From Myxococcota bacterium (GTDB lineage: Bacteria; Myxococcota_A; UBA9160; SMWR01), in NCBI GenBank assembly GCA_050618055.1, contig JBNLVK010000248.1, forward strand, positions 5,788-69,787: 64,000 nt of DNA, given 5' to 3'. Shown piece by piece: positions 54,266-63,400 of the stretch. The notes below the pieces were generated by a model. That model was not told where the DNA came from, made no database searches, and was given only the letters and a program-made list of their open reading frames with translations. The translations under genes and the position numbers were made by a program. Each line of letters opens with the position of its first letter. The stretch's first letter is position 1.

Positions 54266-56534
54266 ATGCTAAGGTCCCTGGCGCCGCCGCAGCGCGGTGG
54301 CGCGATCGCCATGACACCGAACCGTGCCGCCGCCCGCTGGATCCGGTTCGCGACGCCGGTCGGTCTGTTCGCCCTGGCGTGGATCGTCCGCGCCGGACCT
54401 TGGCGCGACGTGTTCGCGGGCGGCGTGGCGGTGCCGGCCGGCAACGACGCCTTCTACCACCTGCGCCGCATCGTCCACGCGCTGGCCGGCGGCGGCGTCC
54501 TCGAGTTCGACCGCTACCTGAACCACCCGACCGGCGCGCGCCCCATCTGGCCGCCGCTGTTCGACCGGCTGTGCGCCGCCGTGCTCGCGCCGTTCGCGTC
54601 GGACCCGGCGGGCGCCGGCCAGCCGCGGATCGAGGCGCTCGCCATGTGGATCCCGCCGCTGCTGGGCGGGCTGGCGGTGGTCGCCACCTGGGCGACGACC
54701 CGGCGCCACTGGGGCGACGCCGCCGGCCTGCTGGCGGGCGGGCTGCTCGCGCTGCTGTCGGGACACTTCTGGTACAGCCAGGTCGGCTTCCTCGACCACC
54801 ACGCGGCGGTGGCGCTGGCGGCGGTCGGCGTGCTGGGGGCGGGGCTCTCGCTGGTCGCGGCCCACGAGGGCGGCGCCGCGTCCTGGGCGCGGGCGGTCTG
54901 GCTGGGCGCCCTCGCGGCCCTGGCCCTGGCCCTCTGGCCCGGCAGCCTGCTGCACGTGGGTCTGGTCTTCGCGGGTCTGCTCGGCGTGCTGCTCGCGTGC
55001 CCCGTGGCAGAGGCGGCCCGGCGCCTCGCCTTCGCGCTGGCCTGCGCGTGTGGCGTGGCCGCGCTCCTGCTGGCACCCGCCGGCTGGAACGCCTCCTGGC
55101 CCCAGTGGGGCGCCTGGTCGCCGGTCGTGCTGTCGCGCTTCCAGCCGCTGCTGTTCGCAGCGGCGGCGCTGGTGCTGGCGGGCTGCGGCGTGCTGGGGTC
55201 GGATCGGGGGCGCCGCGCCGCGGTGCTGGTCGCGGGGTCGGCGGTGGTGGGCGCGGGCCTGCTGCTCGCGGTTCCCGGCCTGCGCGAAGGCCTGGACGAC
55301 GCCTGGCGCTGGCTCGCCAAGGCCGAGTCGTTCCAGTCCGGGGTGGCCGAGTCGCAGCCGCTGCTCTCCGACGGCGGCGTCTTCACGCTGGCCATCGCGA
55401 CGGCCAGGCTCTCGTGGCTGGGCCTGGCGCTCCCGCTGCTGGCCGCCTTCGTGCTGTGGCGGAAGCGTCGCGATCCCGCGTTCGCGCGAACCGCCGTGGC
55501 GGCGGCCTTCGCGCTGGGCCTGCTCGGCGTGACGCTCCTCCAGAAGCGCTTCTTCAACAGCGCGTCGATCGGCGTGGCGATGATGGGCGCCGTGGCGATC
55601 GTCGAGCTGTGGCGGGCCCTCCCGCGCCGCCCGCAGCGGGTGGCGCTCGTCGGGGTCGCGCTGCTCGGCACATGGCCGGCGTTGGCTCCCTACGGGCGCT
55701 TCCTCGCCAACGAGGCGCGTGCGCTGCGCGGCGAGAAGCACGCCGTCACGGGTGGCTTCATGCAGCAGCGTCGCGCGGTGGAGACGGCGCTCTGGCTGCG
55801 CGACCACACGCCGGCGACGAGCGGCTGGCTCGACCCGGCCCAGGCACCCGAGTACGCGGTGCTGGCGCCCTGGCCGCTGGGACACGCGCTCCAGTACGTG
55901 GCCCGGCGCCCGACGCTGGTCGACAACTTCGGCGACGACCTGGGCGGCGACGGCTTCGCCTTCGTGGACGGCTACTACCGGGCACCCGAGTCGGCGGAGC
56001 GGGTCGAGGCCGCGCGCGCGCGGGGTCCGCTACGTGGTGGCCCAGCCCGGTGCCGCCCACCTGACCGCACCGGCGCGGCCCGGCTCGCTGGCCCACGCGC
56101 TCGTGCACTGGGGCGACCCGGGCGAGGGCGCGCCGCTGGTCCGTCACCACCGGCTCGTCTTCGCGTCGGGCGGTATCGGCGGACGGCCCGACGATCCGCC
56201 GCTCTACCGGGTCTACGAACTGGTGCCGGGAGCCCTGGTCGAGGGGCGGGCCGCTCCCGGGGCCCGCGTGGAGCTGCGCATCGGCGTGGGCGAACGACCC
56301 GGCACACGCTCCTTCCACCGCGACGCGACGGTCGCCGACGCCGAGGGCCGCTACCGCTTCCGCGTTCCCCATCCCACGGGTCCCACGGGTGCCGGCGGCG
56401 CCCTGGGCGGCGTCCAGGCGGCGCCGCTCTACCGCCTGGCCTGCGCGGGCGAGGTGCGCGGGGTCGCCGTGCCGGAAGCGGCCGTGCGCTCGGGCGCGAC
56501 CGTGGTCGGACCGCGCCTCTGCGCCACGCTATAG
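54266..56534 (+). pseudogene. STT3/PglB/AglB-like oligosaccharyltransferase, reading frame broken by a 1-nt frameshift near 56010-56025 (or sequencing error)
   Basis: Frame 2 from ATG 54266 (alternative ATG 54311) gives AGNDAFYHLRRI, ~13 TM segments and APWPLGHALQYVARRPTLVDNFGD (cf. [23 protein letters not shown] of PglB), up to ...ESAERVEAARARG. The sensible continuation VRYVVAQPGAAHLT...RVYELVPGALVEG...YRFRVPHP runs in frame 0 to the stop at 56534. The switch lies in gccgcgcgcgcgcggggtcc. Confidence 0.7.
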
Positions 56535-56541
56535 GTAGGTC

Positions 56542-57942
56542 ATGAGCCAGCGTTTCGACTGCATCATCGTGGGGGGAGGTCCGGGCGGCTACGTGGCGGC
56601 GATCCGCGCCCGCCAGCTCGGACTGGAGACCGCGCTCGTCGAGCGCGAGCACCTGGGCGGGATCTGCCTGAACTGGGGCTGCATTCCGACCAAGGCCCTG
56701 CTGCGCGCGTCCGAGATCCGCCACCTGATGCGCGAGGCCGAGACGTTCGGCTTCGAGGTGGGCGACGTGCGCGTCGACCTGCCCAAGGTGGTGGACCGCT
56801 CGCGCAAGGTGGCGAAGAGGCTCTCGGGCGGCGTGCGCTCGCTGATGAAGAAGAACGGCGTGCAGGTCGTCGAGGGACACGGGCGGCTGGCCGGACCCGG
56901 GCGCGTGGCGGTGACCGACGCGAACGGCGGCGTGCAGGAGCTGGAGGCGCCCCACGTCGTGCTGGCCACCGGTGCGCGCGCGCGCACGCTGCCCGGCCTC
57001 GAGCCCGACGGCGAGCGCATCTGGAGCTACCGCGAGGCGATGGTGCCCGAGTCCATGCCCGCCAGCGTGCTGGTGGTGGGCTCCGGCGCGATCGGCGTGG
57101 AGTTCGCGAGCTTCTACCGCGACCTGGGCGCCGAGGTGACGATCGTCGAGCTGCTGCCCCAGATCCTGCCCGCCGAGGACGAGGAGATCGCGAAGTTCGC
57201 GCGCCGCGCGTTCGAGAAGCAGGGCATCGCCATCCACACCGGGGCCCAGGTGAAGGGCGCGAGGCCCACGGCGTCGGGCATCGAGGCCGAGATCGCCACG
57301 TCCGACGGCCAGCTGAGCCGCCTCGAGGTGGAGCGCCTGATCGTCGCCGTCGGCATCACCGGCAACGTCGAGGACCTGGGTCTCGAGGGGACGGGCGTGC
57401 GCGTCGAGCGCGGGGAGATCCAGGTGGACGCCTGGGGCGCCACCGGCGAGCCGGGCGTGTACGCCATCGGCGACGTGGCCGGTCCGCCGCACCTGGCCCA
57501 CAAGGCGAACCACGAGGGCGTGGCCTGCATCGAGCGCATCGCGGGGGTCGACGGCGTGCACCCCCTCGACCGCGACGCGGTGCCCGGCTGCACCTACTGC
57601 CGCCCGCAGATCGCCAGCGTGGGGCTCACCGAGCGGGCAGCGCGCGAGGCCGGACGCGAGATCCGCGTGGGCCGCTTCCCGTTCCAGGGCAACGGCAAGG
57701 CGCTGGCCTACGGCGACACCCAGGGACTGGTGAAGACGGTCTTCGACGCCCACAGCGGCGAGCTGCTGGGCGCCCACATGGTGGGCCCCGAGGTCACCGA
57801 GATGATCCAGGGCTTCGCCATCGCCCGCACGCTCGAGACCACCGAGGCGGAGCTCATGCGCACCATCTTCCCGCACCCGACCCTGTCCGAGTCGATGCAC
57901 GAAGCGGTGCTCGCGGCCTACGACCGCGCGCTCCACATCTAG
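56542..57942 (+). CDS. lpdA: Dihydrolipoyl dehydrogenase (E3)
   Basis: FAD motif IIVGGGPGGYVAA, redox-active disulfide GGICLNWGCIPTKALL, NAD motif VVGSGAIGVEFA, C-terminal HPTLSE. Confidence 0.95.
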   Translation: MSQRFDCIIVGGGPGGYVAAIRARQLGLETALVEREHLGGICLNWGCIPTKALLRASEIRHLMREAETFGFEVGDVRVDLPKVVDRSRKVAKRLSGGVRSLMKKNGVQVVEGHGRLAGPGRVAVTDANGGVQELEAPHVVLATGARARTLPGLEPDGERIWSYREAMVPESMPASVLVVGSGAIGVEFASFYRDLGAEVTIVELLPQILPAEDEEIAKFARRAFEKQGIAIHTGAQVKGARPTASGIEAEIATSDGQLSRLEVERLIVAVGITGNVEDLGLEGTGVRVERGEIQVDAWGATGEPGVYAIGDVAGPPHLAHKANHEGVACIERIAGVDGVHPLDRDAVPGCTYCRPQIASVGLTERAAREAGREIRVGRFPFQGNGKALAYGDTQGLVKTVFDAHSGELLGAHMVGPEVTEMIQGFAIARTLETTEAELMRTIFPHPTLSESMHEAVLAAYDRALHI

Positions 57943-57951
57943 GGCTGGGGG

Positions 57952-58446
57952 CTAGACGCCCTCGAAGGTGACTGCGACCTCGGTGCCGTCGGGGCCGGTC
58001 GCCACCGTCACGTTCGCGGTCCGCTTGCCCTTCTTCGCCTTCAGCATCGAGCGGAGGTCGTCCTCCTCGGTCTCGACGGTCCAGCCCTGGCCGGACATCT
58101 CGCTCTTGTAGTGGGCGAACACGTCGGCGCGCGACGACTGGGAGACGAACGTCACCAGGCCACCCTGGTTCGGGATGATCATCGCGTTGCGCGGCTCGGA
58201 CTCGGGCGGCGAGGGGATGTCGTCGGGGAAGCCCTCCGGGATCTCGCCCGTGCCGAGCAGCGCCTTCTGCGGATCGGCCTCGGTGCCGGGCAGCGTCACC
58301 ACGCGGGTGCCCCGCGCTTCGGTGGGTGTGGACGCCTCCGTGCCGGTCGAGTCGTCTCCGCCACCGCAGGCGACCAGGGCCAGCAGGAAGAGGGAGCAGA
58401 CGCCGGCCAGCGCAGAACGAGTCAGGAGTCCGGGATGGAAACCCAT
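57952..58446 (-). CDS. Hypothetical lipoprotein
   Basis: ATG 58446 gives MGFHPGLLTRSALAGVCSLFLLALVAC (lipobox), followed by a Thr/Glu-rich linker and a small globular domain. Confidence 0.6.
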   Translation of the reverse strand: MGFHPGLLTRSALAGVCSLFLLALVACGGGDDSTGTEASTPTEARGTRVVTLPGTEADPQKALLGTGEIPEGFPDDIPSPPESEPRNAMIIPNQGGLVTFVSQSSRADVFAHYKSEMSGQGWTVETEEDDLRSMLKAKKGKRTANVTVATGPDGTEVAVTFEGV

Positions 58447-58515
58447 GTGGGAGAGACCTCCAATGCGTAGGGCCCGCATCCTACCGTCCAGCGGCGCTGT
58501 GCGCCCGCCCTGATC

Positions 58516-59616
58516 TCAATCGGCGGCCGCGCCCGGCAGGCCGAGGGGCGGATGGAACCACTGGAGGATGCGCGGGTTCTCGTCTCGTGGATAGGTGTGC
58601 GACAGGTCCTCGATCTCGCGGAACACCAGCTCGGCCCCGGCGCGCCTCAGCTCGTCGGCGGCGGCCCGCGCCAGGTCGATGGGGAACATCCAGTCGAGCG
58701 CGCCGTGGACCCAGTAGATTGGCACGCCGCGCGCCCGCTCCATGTTGCCGTTGCCGAAGTTGTCCGGGTGGAGCACGCCCGAGACCGGCGCCAGCGCCGT
58801 GACCGGGGCGTTCGCGCGCAGGCCGTAGAGCAGCGCGTAGGTCGCGCCGTCCGACAGACCCGTCACCAGCACGTGTCGCCGGTCGACCGCCCACCGCTCG
58901 CCCACGAACTCGATCATCGAATCGAGTGGGGCGGCGTCGAGGTCGGGCCCCATCAGCGACCAGGTGGGACCGCGCGACGTGGGCGCCAGCAGGAGGAAGC
59001 GCCGGCTGCGGGCCTCGCGCAGCCAGGTCCACAGGAAGTCGCCGCCGTGGCCGGATCCGCCGTGCAGCGCGACCACCAGCGGCAGGGGCTCGCCCACGTA
59101 CGACTCGGGCACGAACAGGGTGAACCCCCCGCGCTGGTAGGGCGCGTTGTGAGCCTCGTGCAGGCCGACCCGGTGGCTGCCGGTGTCGGCCGGATCGAGC
59201 TCGTCGACGCGCTCCCAGACGGCGCGCTCGAAGAAGTAGCGGTTGAAGGGGGGCAGGGCGCCGCGCAGCGGGTAGAGCGCCGCCTGGGCGCGGGCCGCGT
59301 TGCGCATGGACCCCAGGATGCGCGCCGTGGCGTCGCCGCCGCCCGGGGTGACGAATCCCTCGAGCGCTTCGCGCGCCAGCTGCGTGGCGCGGTCGAGCTG
59401 CTCGGCGAAGGCGCGCAGCTCGTCGGGCGGCGGCGCGTCGGCCAGCGCGTCGGCGGCGCGCTCGAGCGGACCCAGCACCGACGCGAGCACGCGCCGCAGC
59501 TCGCCGATCATGGGCGGGTGCAGGTGGCGCTGCGCCTTCTCCAGCGCGTCCAGGCCGTGCAGCAGCGCCGGGCCGAGCTCCCCGATCGCGTCGAGGTACG
59601 GATGTTCGGCTTGCAT
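58516..59616 (-). CDS. Alpha/beta hydrolase (phospholipase/carboxylesterase, PHB-depolymerase-type esterase) with N-terminal helical domain
   Basis: ATG 59616. Blocks LPLVVALHGGSGHGGDF, nucleophile elbow VTGLSDGA, WVHGALDWMFP, LSHTYP. Confidence 0.8.
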   Translation of the reverse strand: MQAEHPYLDAIGELGPALLHGLDALEKAQRHLHPPMIGELRRVLASVLGPLERAADALADAPPPDELRAFAEQLDRATQLAREALEGFVTPGGGDATARILGSMRNAARAQAALYPLRGALPPFNRYFFERAVWERVDELDPADTGSHRVGLHEAHNAPYQRGGFTLFVPESYVGEPLPLVVALHGGSGHGGDFLWTWLREARSRRFLLLAPTSRGPTWSLMGPDLDAAPLDSMIEFVGERWAVDRRHVLVTGLSDGATYALLYGLRANAPVTALAPVSGVLHPDNFGNGNMERARGVPIYWVHGALDWMFPIDLARAAADELRRAGAELVFREIEDLSHTYPRDENPRILQWFHPPLGLPGAAAD

Positions 59617-59660
59617 GGGGGCCCCCGGCGCGCGCCCGGCGAAGGTACCCGAAGCCGGCG

Positions 59661-61175
59661 TCAGGCCGCGGTCTGCCAGAGCAGCAGGGCCGCGTAGGCG
59701 CGCCAGGGACGCCAGGCCTCGGCGGCCTCGAGAAGCCGACGGGGCGTGGTGTCCAGGGCGCGCAGCAGGCCCAGGTCGCTGGCGGGGAACGCGTCGGGCT
59801 CGCGCAGCGCGCGCATGGCGACGTACTCCGCGGTCCAGGGACCGATGCCCGGCAGCGCCATCAGCCGCTCGCGCAGCCCGTCCGGATCGGCCGAGGGCTC
59901 GAGCGACAGGCGCCCGGACGCCACCTGCTCGGCCAGCGTGCGGATCGCCTTCTCGCGGGCCCGGGGGAGCCCGCTCCCGCGCAGGTCGTGCGCGGCCACC
60001 GCGGATGCGGTCGGGAACAGGCAGCCCGGGCCCTCGGCGTCGGTCGGGTCCTCGGGGAGCTTCTCGCCGCAGGCCTCGGCCAGCCGGCCGGCCAGGGTGG
60101 TCGCCGCCGCCACCGAGACCTGCTGGCCCAGGATGGCGCGGACCGCCAGCTCGAAGCCGTCCCAGGCCCCCGGCACCCGTACGCCGGGGAGCGTCCGCAG
60201 CGAGCGCCGCAGTCGCGGGTCGCGGCCCAGTACGCGGCCGATCTCGTCCGGGTCCGCCTCCAGGTCGAACAGCGAGCGCAGCCGCTCCGCCACCTGGATC
60301 AGCAGCAGCGGACCGGCGTAGCGGACCGTCGCCCGCAGGGCGTTGCGCTCCGGGACCCAGCGCACGTCGATGCGCCCCGCCGCTTCTCCCAGGCGGAAGG
60401 TTCGCCGATAGGACTCGGAGGTGACCCGTTCGACGCCCCGCGTCGCCCGGGCGCCCAGGAACCCGAGCACCGCCTGCCAGGGGTAGGGCGGTCGATAGGC
60501 CAGATGCAGCACCAGTCCGCGTTCGCAGCTCCCGGCTTTGCCACCCGTCACCGACCGGTGGCGGCCGTCGCGACGCAGCTCGCGCGGTGCGCGGCCGTAG
60601 CTCTCGCGGAAGGCGTCGTTGAAGCGGCGGACGCTGGAGAAGCCCGACGCCAGGGCGATCTCGGCCATCGGCAGCCGAGTCTCGTCGATCAGCTTCTTGG
60701 CGAACAGCAGTCGCCGCGTCTGGGCGACGGCCACCGGCGACGCGCCCAGGTGTTCGAGGAACAGGCGCCGCAGGTGGCGCGATCCGATGCCGAGGCGGTC
60801 GGCCAGGTCGTCGACGCCGGCGCCGTCGAGCGCGCCGTCGCCGATCAGGCGCAGCGCCCGGGAGACGGTTGCCGAGGTGCCCTGCCAGGCGGGCGTGCCC
60901 GGCGAGGCTTCGGGCCGGCAGCGCAGGCAGGGCCGGTAGCCGGCCTCCTGGGCGGCGGCGGCACAGGGCAGGACCAGGCAGTTCTCGCGGCGCGGCGTGC
61001 GCGCCGGGCAGACGGGCCGGCAGTAGACGCCGGTGGAGCGCACGGCGGTGAAGAAGCGCCCGTCGAAGCGGGCGTCCCGCGACGCCAGCGCGCGGTAGCA
61101 GACGTCGTCGTCGAGCTGCATGGTGCCCTCGTGGATAGCCCGCGTCCGGCCCGGGGACTGGCCGTTTTCGGACAT
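59661..61175 (-). CDS. Ada-AlkA fusion: Ada Zn-binding methylphosphotriester domain + AraC HTH + AlkA_N + HhH-GPD 3-methyladenine glycosylase II
   Basis: Cys cluster CYRALASRDARFDGRFFTAVRSTGVYCRPVCPAR...CLRC. AraC HTH IALASGFSSVRRFNDAFRESYG. HhH LPGIGPWTAEYVAMRAL with catalytic Asp PASDLGLL. Confidence 0.9.
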   Translation of the reverse strand: MSENGQSPGRTRAIHEGTMQLDDDVCYRALASRDARFDGRFFTAVRSTGVYCRPVCPARTPRRENCLVLPCAAAAQEAGYRPCLRCRPEASPGTPAWQGTSATVSRALRLIGDGALDGAGVDDLADRLGIGSRHLRRLFLEHLGASPVAVAQTRRLLFAKKLIDETRLPMAEIALASGFSSVRRFNDAFRESYGRAPRELRRDGRHRSVTGGKAGSCERGLVLHLAYRPPYPWQAVLGFLGARATRGVERVTSESYRRTFRLGEAAGRIDVRWVPERNALRATVRYAGPLLLIQVAERLRSLFDLEADPDEIGRVLGRDPRLRRSLRTLPGVRVPGAWDGFELAVRAILGQQVSVAAATTLAGRLAEACGEKLPEDPTDAEGPGCLFPTASAVAAHDLRGSGLPRAREKAIRTLAEQVASGRLSLEPSADPDGLRERLMALPGIGPWTAEYVAMRALREPDAFPASDLGLLRALDTTPRRLLEAAEAWRPWRAYAALLLWQTAA

Positions 61176-61189
61176 GATGCCACGGCGCC

Positions 61190-62119
61190 TTGTTCCGGTG
61201 CCGGGCCCTGTGGGAGACTCCGGTCCCCGTGACGAGCCGCCCGGTCCTCGACTCGATTCGCGCCATGCGGCCCCACCAGTGGACGAAGAACCTGCTCGTC
61301 TTCGTGCCGCTGGCCCTGACGCCGGGCGAGGTGGGCGACGTCGCCAAGCAGGCGACGGCCCTGCTGGCGTTCGTGGCGCTCAGCCTGGTGGCCTCGGCCG
61401 GCTACGTGGTGAACGACCTGCTCGACCTGGAGGCGGACCGGGCGCACCCGGTGAAGCGCAGGCGGCCGTTCGCCAGCGGCGCGCTGTCGCCGGGCTGGGG
61501 CATCGGCCTGGCGGCGCTGCTGGCCGCGGTCGGCGCGGCGCTGGCCTGGCGCTTCACGCCCCCCGGCTACTGGGCCGTGATCGGCCTGTACCTCGCGCTC
61601 ACGTTCGCCTACTCGTTCTTCTTCAAGCGCCAGCTGATGCTCGACGTGATCGTGCTGGCCGGCCTGTACACGCTGCGGGTGATCGGCGGCGCCCAGGCCG
61701 TGCAGATCGGCCTCACGCCCTGGCTGCTGGCCTTCTCGCTGTTCATCTTCCTGAGCCTGGCGTTCGCGAAGCGCTACTCGGAGCTCCAGCTCATGGCGTC
61801 GCGCAACGAGAGCCAGGTGCGGGGGCGCGCCTACCAGGTGGTCGATCTCGAGCTGGTGGCCGTGCTCGGCTCGACCAGCGGCTACCTGTCGGTGCTGGTG
61901 CTCTGCCTCTACATCAACAGCGACCTGGTGCGCGGCCTCTACCAGAGCGTCTGGGGCCTGTGGTTCCTGGTGCCGATCCTGCTCTACTGGATCAGCCGCA
62001 TCTGGTTCCTGGCCAAGCGCGGCGAGCTTCCCGGCGATCCGGTGGCATTCGCGGTGCGCGACCGGGTGAGCTGGATCTCCGGCGCGCTGATGGGCCTGGT
62101 GATCCTGCTCTCGGTGTGA
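61190..62119 (+). CDS. UbiA-family prenyltransferase, decaprenyl-phosphate phosphoribosyltransferase-like
   Basis: Start TTG 61190 or GTG 61229. Blocks RPHQWTKNLLVF and YVVNDLLDLEADRAHPVKRRRPFASG, as in the Rv3806c-type family. 8-9 TM segments. Second Asp-rich region around FAKRYSEL. Confidence 0.8.
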   Translation: MFRCRALWETPVPVTSRPVLDSIRAMRPHQWTKNLLVFVPLALTPGEVGDVAKQATALLAFVALSLVASAGYVVNDLLDLEADRAHPVKRRRPFASGALSPGWGIGLAALLAAVGAALAWRFTPPGYWAVIGLYLALTFAYSFFFKRQLMLDVIVLAGLYTLRVIGGAQAVQIGLTPWLLAFSLFIFLSLAFAKRYSELQLMASRNESQVRGRAYQVVDLELVAVLGSTSGYLSVLVLCLYINSDLVRGLYQSVWGLWFLVPILLYWISRIWFLAKRGELPGDPVAFAVRDRVSWISGALMGLVILLSV

Positions 62120-62123
62120 GCGC

Positions 62124-62954
62124 TCAGGCGCTCAGCGGACGCGCCTGCTGGTCCGCGATCTCCTTGGCCTTCTGCTCGAGCGTCGAGGGCAGCACGGGGC
62201 GCTCCTGGCGGGCGAAGGCGGCGAGCAGCGCGCGGTCGGCCAGCAGGTTGATCATGCGCGGACAGCCGCCGGAGAAGGCGTGGAAGATCACGTCGCAGCC
62301 CGGTGCGAACACGTCGGCGTAGGTCCCCCCCGCGACCTCGATGCGGTGGTGCAGGTAGTCGCCGATCTCGTCCTCGCGCAGCGGCTCGACGTGGTGCTCC
62401 AGCGCGATGCGCTGGCGCAGCGGCGCCAGCTCGGGACGCGACAGCATCTGGCGCAGCTCCGGCTGCCCGGTCAGCACGATCTGGAGCAGCTTCTCGGTGT
62501 TGGTCTCCAGGTTCGAGAGCAGGCGGATCTGCTCGAGCATGGGCGGCTCGAGGTTCTGGGCCTCGTCGATGATCAGCACCGTGTTGAGTCCCCGCTCCAG
62601 GCGCGCCAGCAGGAAGCGGTTCAGCGCGATCAGGTAGTCGGCCTTCGACTCGAACGGCCCCTCGAGCTGGAAGTCGGCGGCGATCAGCTTGAACAGGTCG
62701 ACCCCCGAGAGGTCGGCCGTGTTCATCAGCAGCGCCGTGTCGACGTCCGACGGGATCTGGTCGAGGACCGCGCGCAGCAGCGTGGTCTTGCCGGCCCCCA
62801 CCTCGCCGGTCAGCAGCAGGAAGCCCTTCCGGCGCGTGATGCCGTAGTAGAGCGTCGCGAAGCCCTCCTGGTGGGTCTCCGACGGCCACAGGAACCGGGG
62901 ATCCGGCGACAGATCGAAGGCGGGCTCGCGAAGATCGAAGAAAGACTCGTACAT
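62124..62954 (-). CDS. ExeA/GspA-like AAA ATPase (type found in EPS / PEP-CTERM-type loci)
   Basis: ATG 62954 gives MYESFFDLREPAFDLSPDPRFLW. Walker A LLLTGEVGAGKTTL, Walker B VLIIDEAQNL, then LQIVLTGQPEL. Confidence 0.85.
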   Translation of the reverse strand: MYESFFDLREPAFDLSPDPRFLWPSETHQEGFATLYYGITRRKGFLLLTGEVGAGKTTLLRAVLDQIPSDVDTALLMNTADLSGVDLFKLIAADFQLEGPFESKADYLIALNRFLLARLERGLNTVLIIDEAQNLEPPMLEQIRLLSNLETNTEKLLQIVLTGQPELRQMLSRPELAPLRQRIALEHHVEPLREDEIGDYLHHRIEVAGGTYADVFAPGCDVIFHAFSGGCPRMINLLADRALLAAFARQERPVLPSTLEQKAKEIADQQARPLSA

Positions 62955-63400
62955 GCGCGATCTTGGGGGCTGCGGGGGCGATCCGGACGGATTACCGCCA
63001 GGGGTCCCCGGCGAGGGTAGCGGGCCGGGGTCCACAACCCACGAGTGCACCGCGGGGCCGCTCAGGTGACACCGACAAGAGGCCTTGCCCCCGCGCCGCG
63101 CCCCCGGATCGGCTCGAATCGGCCAGATCGGCACACCGGGCCTCCCAAGATCCGGGGATTTCGGCGTCCGGAAGGCGACAAAACGGCGTTTTTCAGTTGC
63201 TTAGGTCGGGATACAAACTGACAATGAGGTTGTAAAAGCCCGAAACGCAAGAGGTTCGCTGCCTTGCCCCAGGAGTCGCCGCCCCGCGATGGGGGCGTGT
63301 TACCAATGCCCCGCAGGCGGTTACTCACCCGGGCAGGCCAACTTCCTGGCGCTGTCGTAGACGAGCCTGGTGCCCCTCGCCGGCTCCGGAAAAAGCTGCT

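Noticed and set aside
55719-56020. 5' part of track ORF 55719..56534 as an independent gene start.
   Set aside because: Upstream of about 56020 this frame translates to Arg/Ser/Ala-rich junk that overlaps the well-formed STT3-like frame. Only the part after the frameshift site looks protein-like, so I treat it as the displaced C-terminus of one gene.
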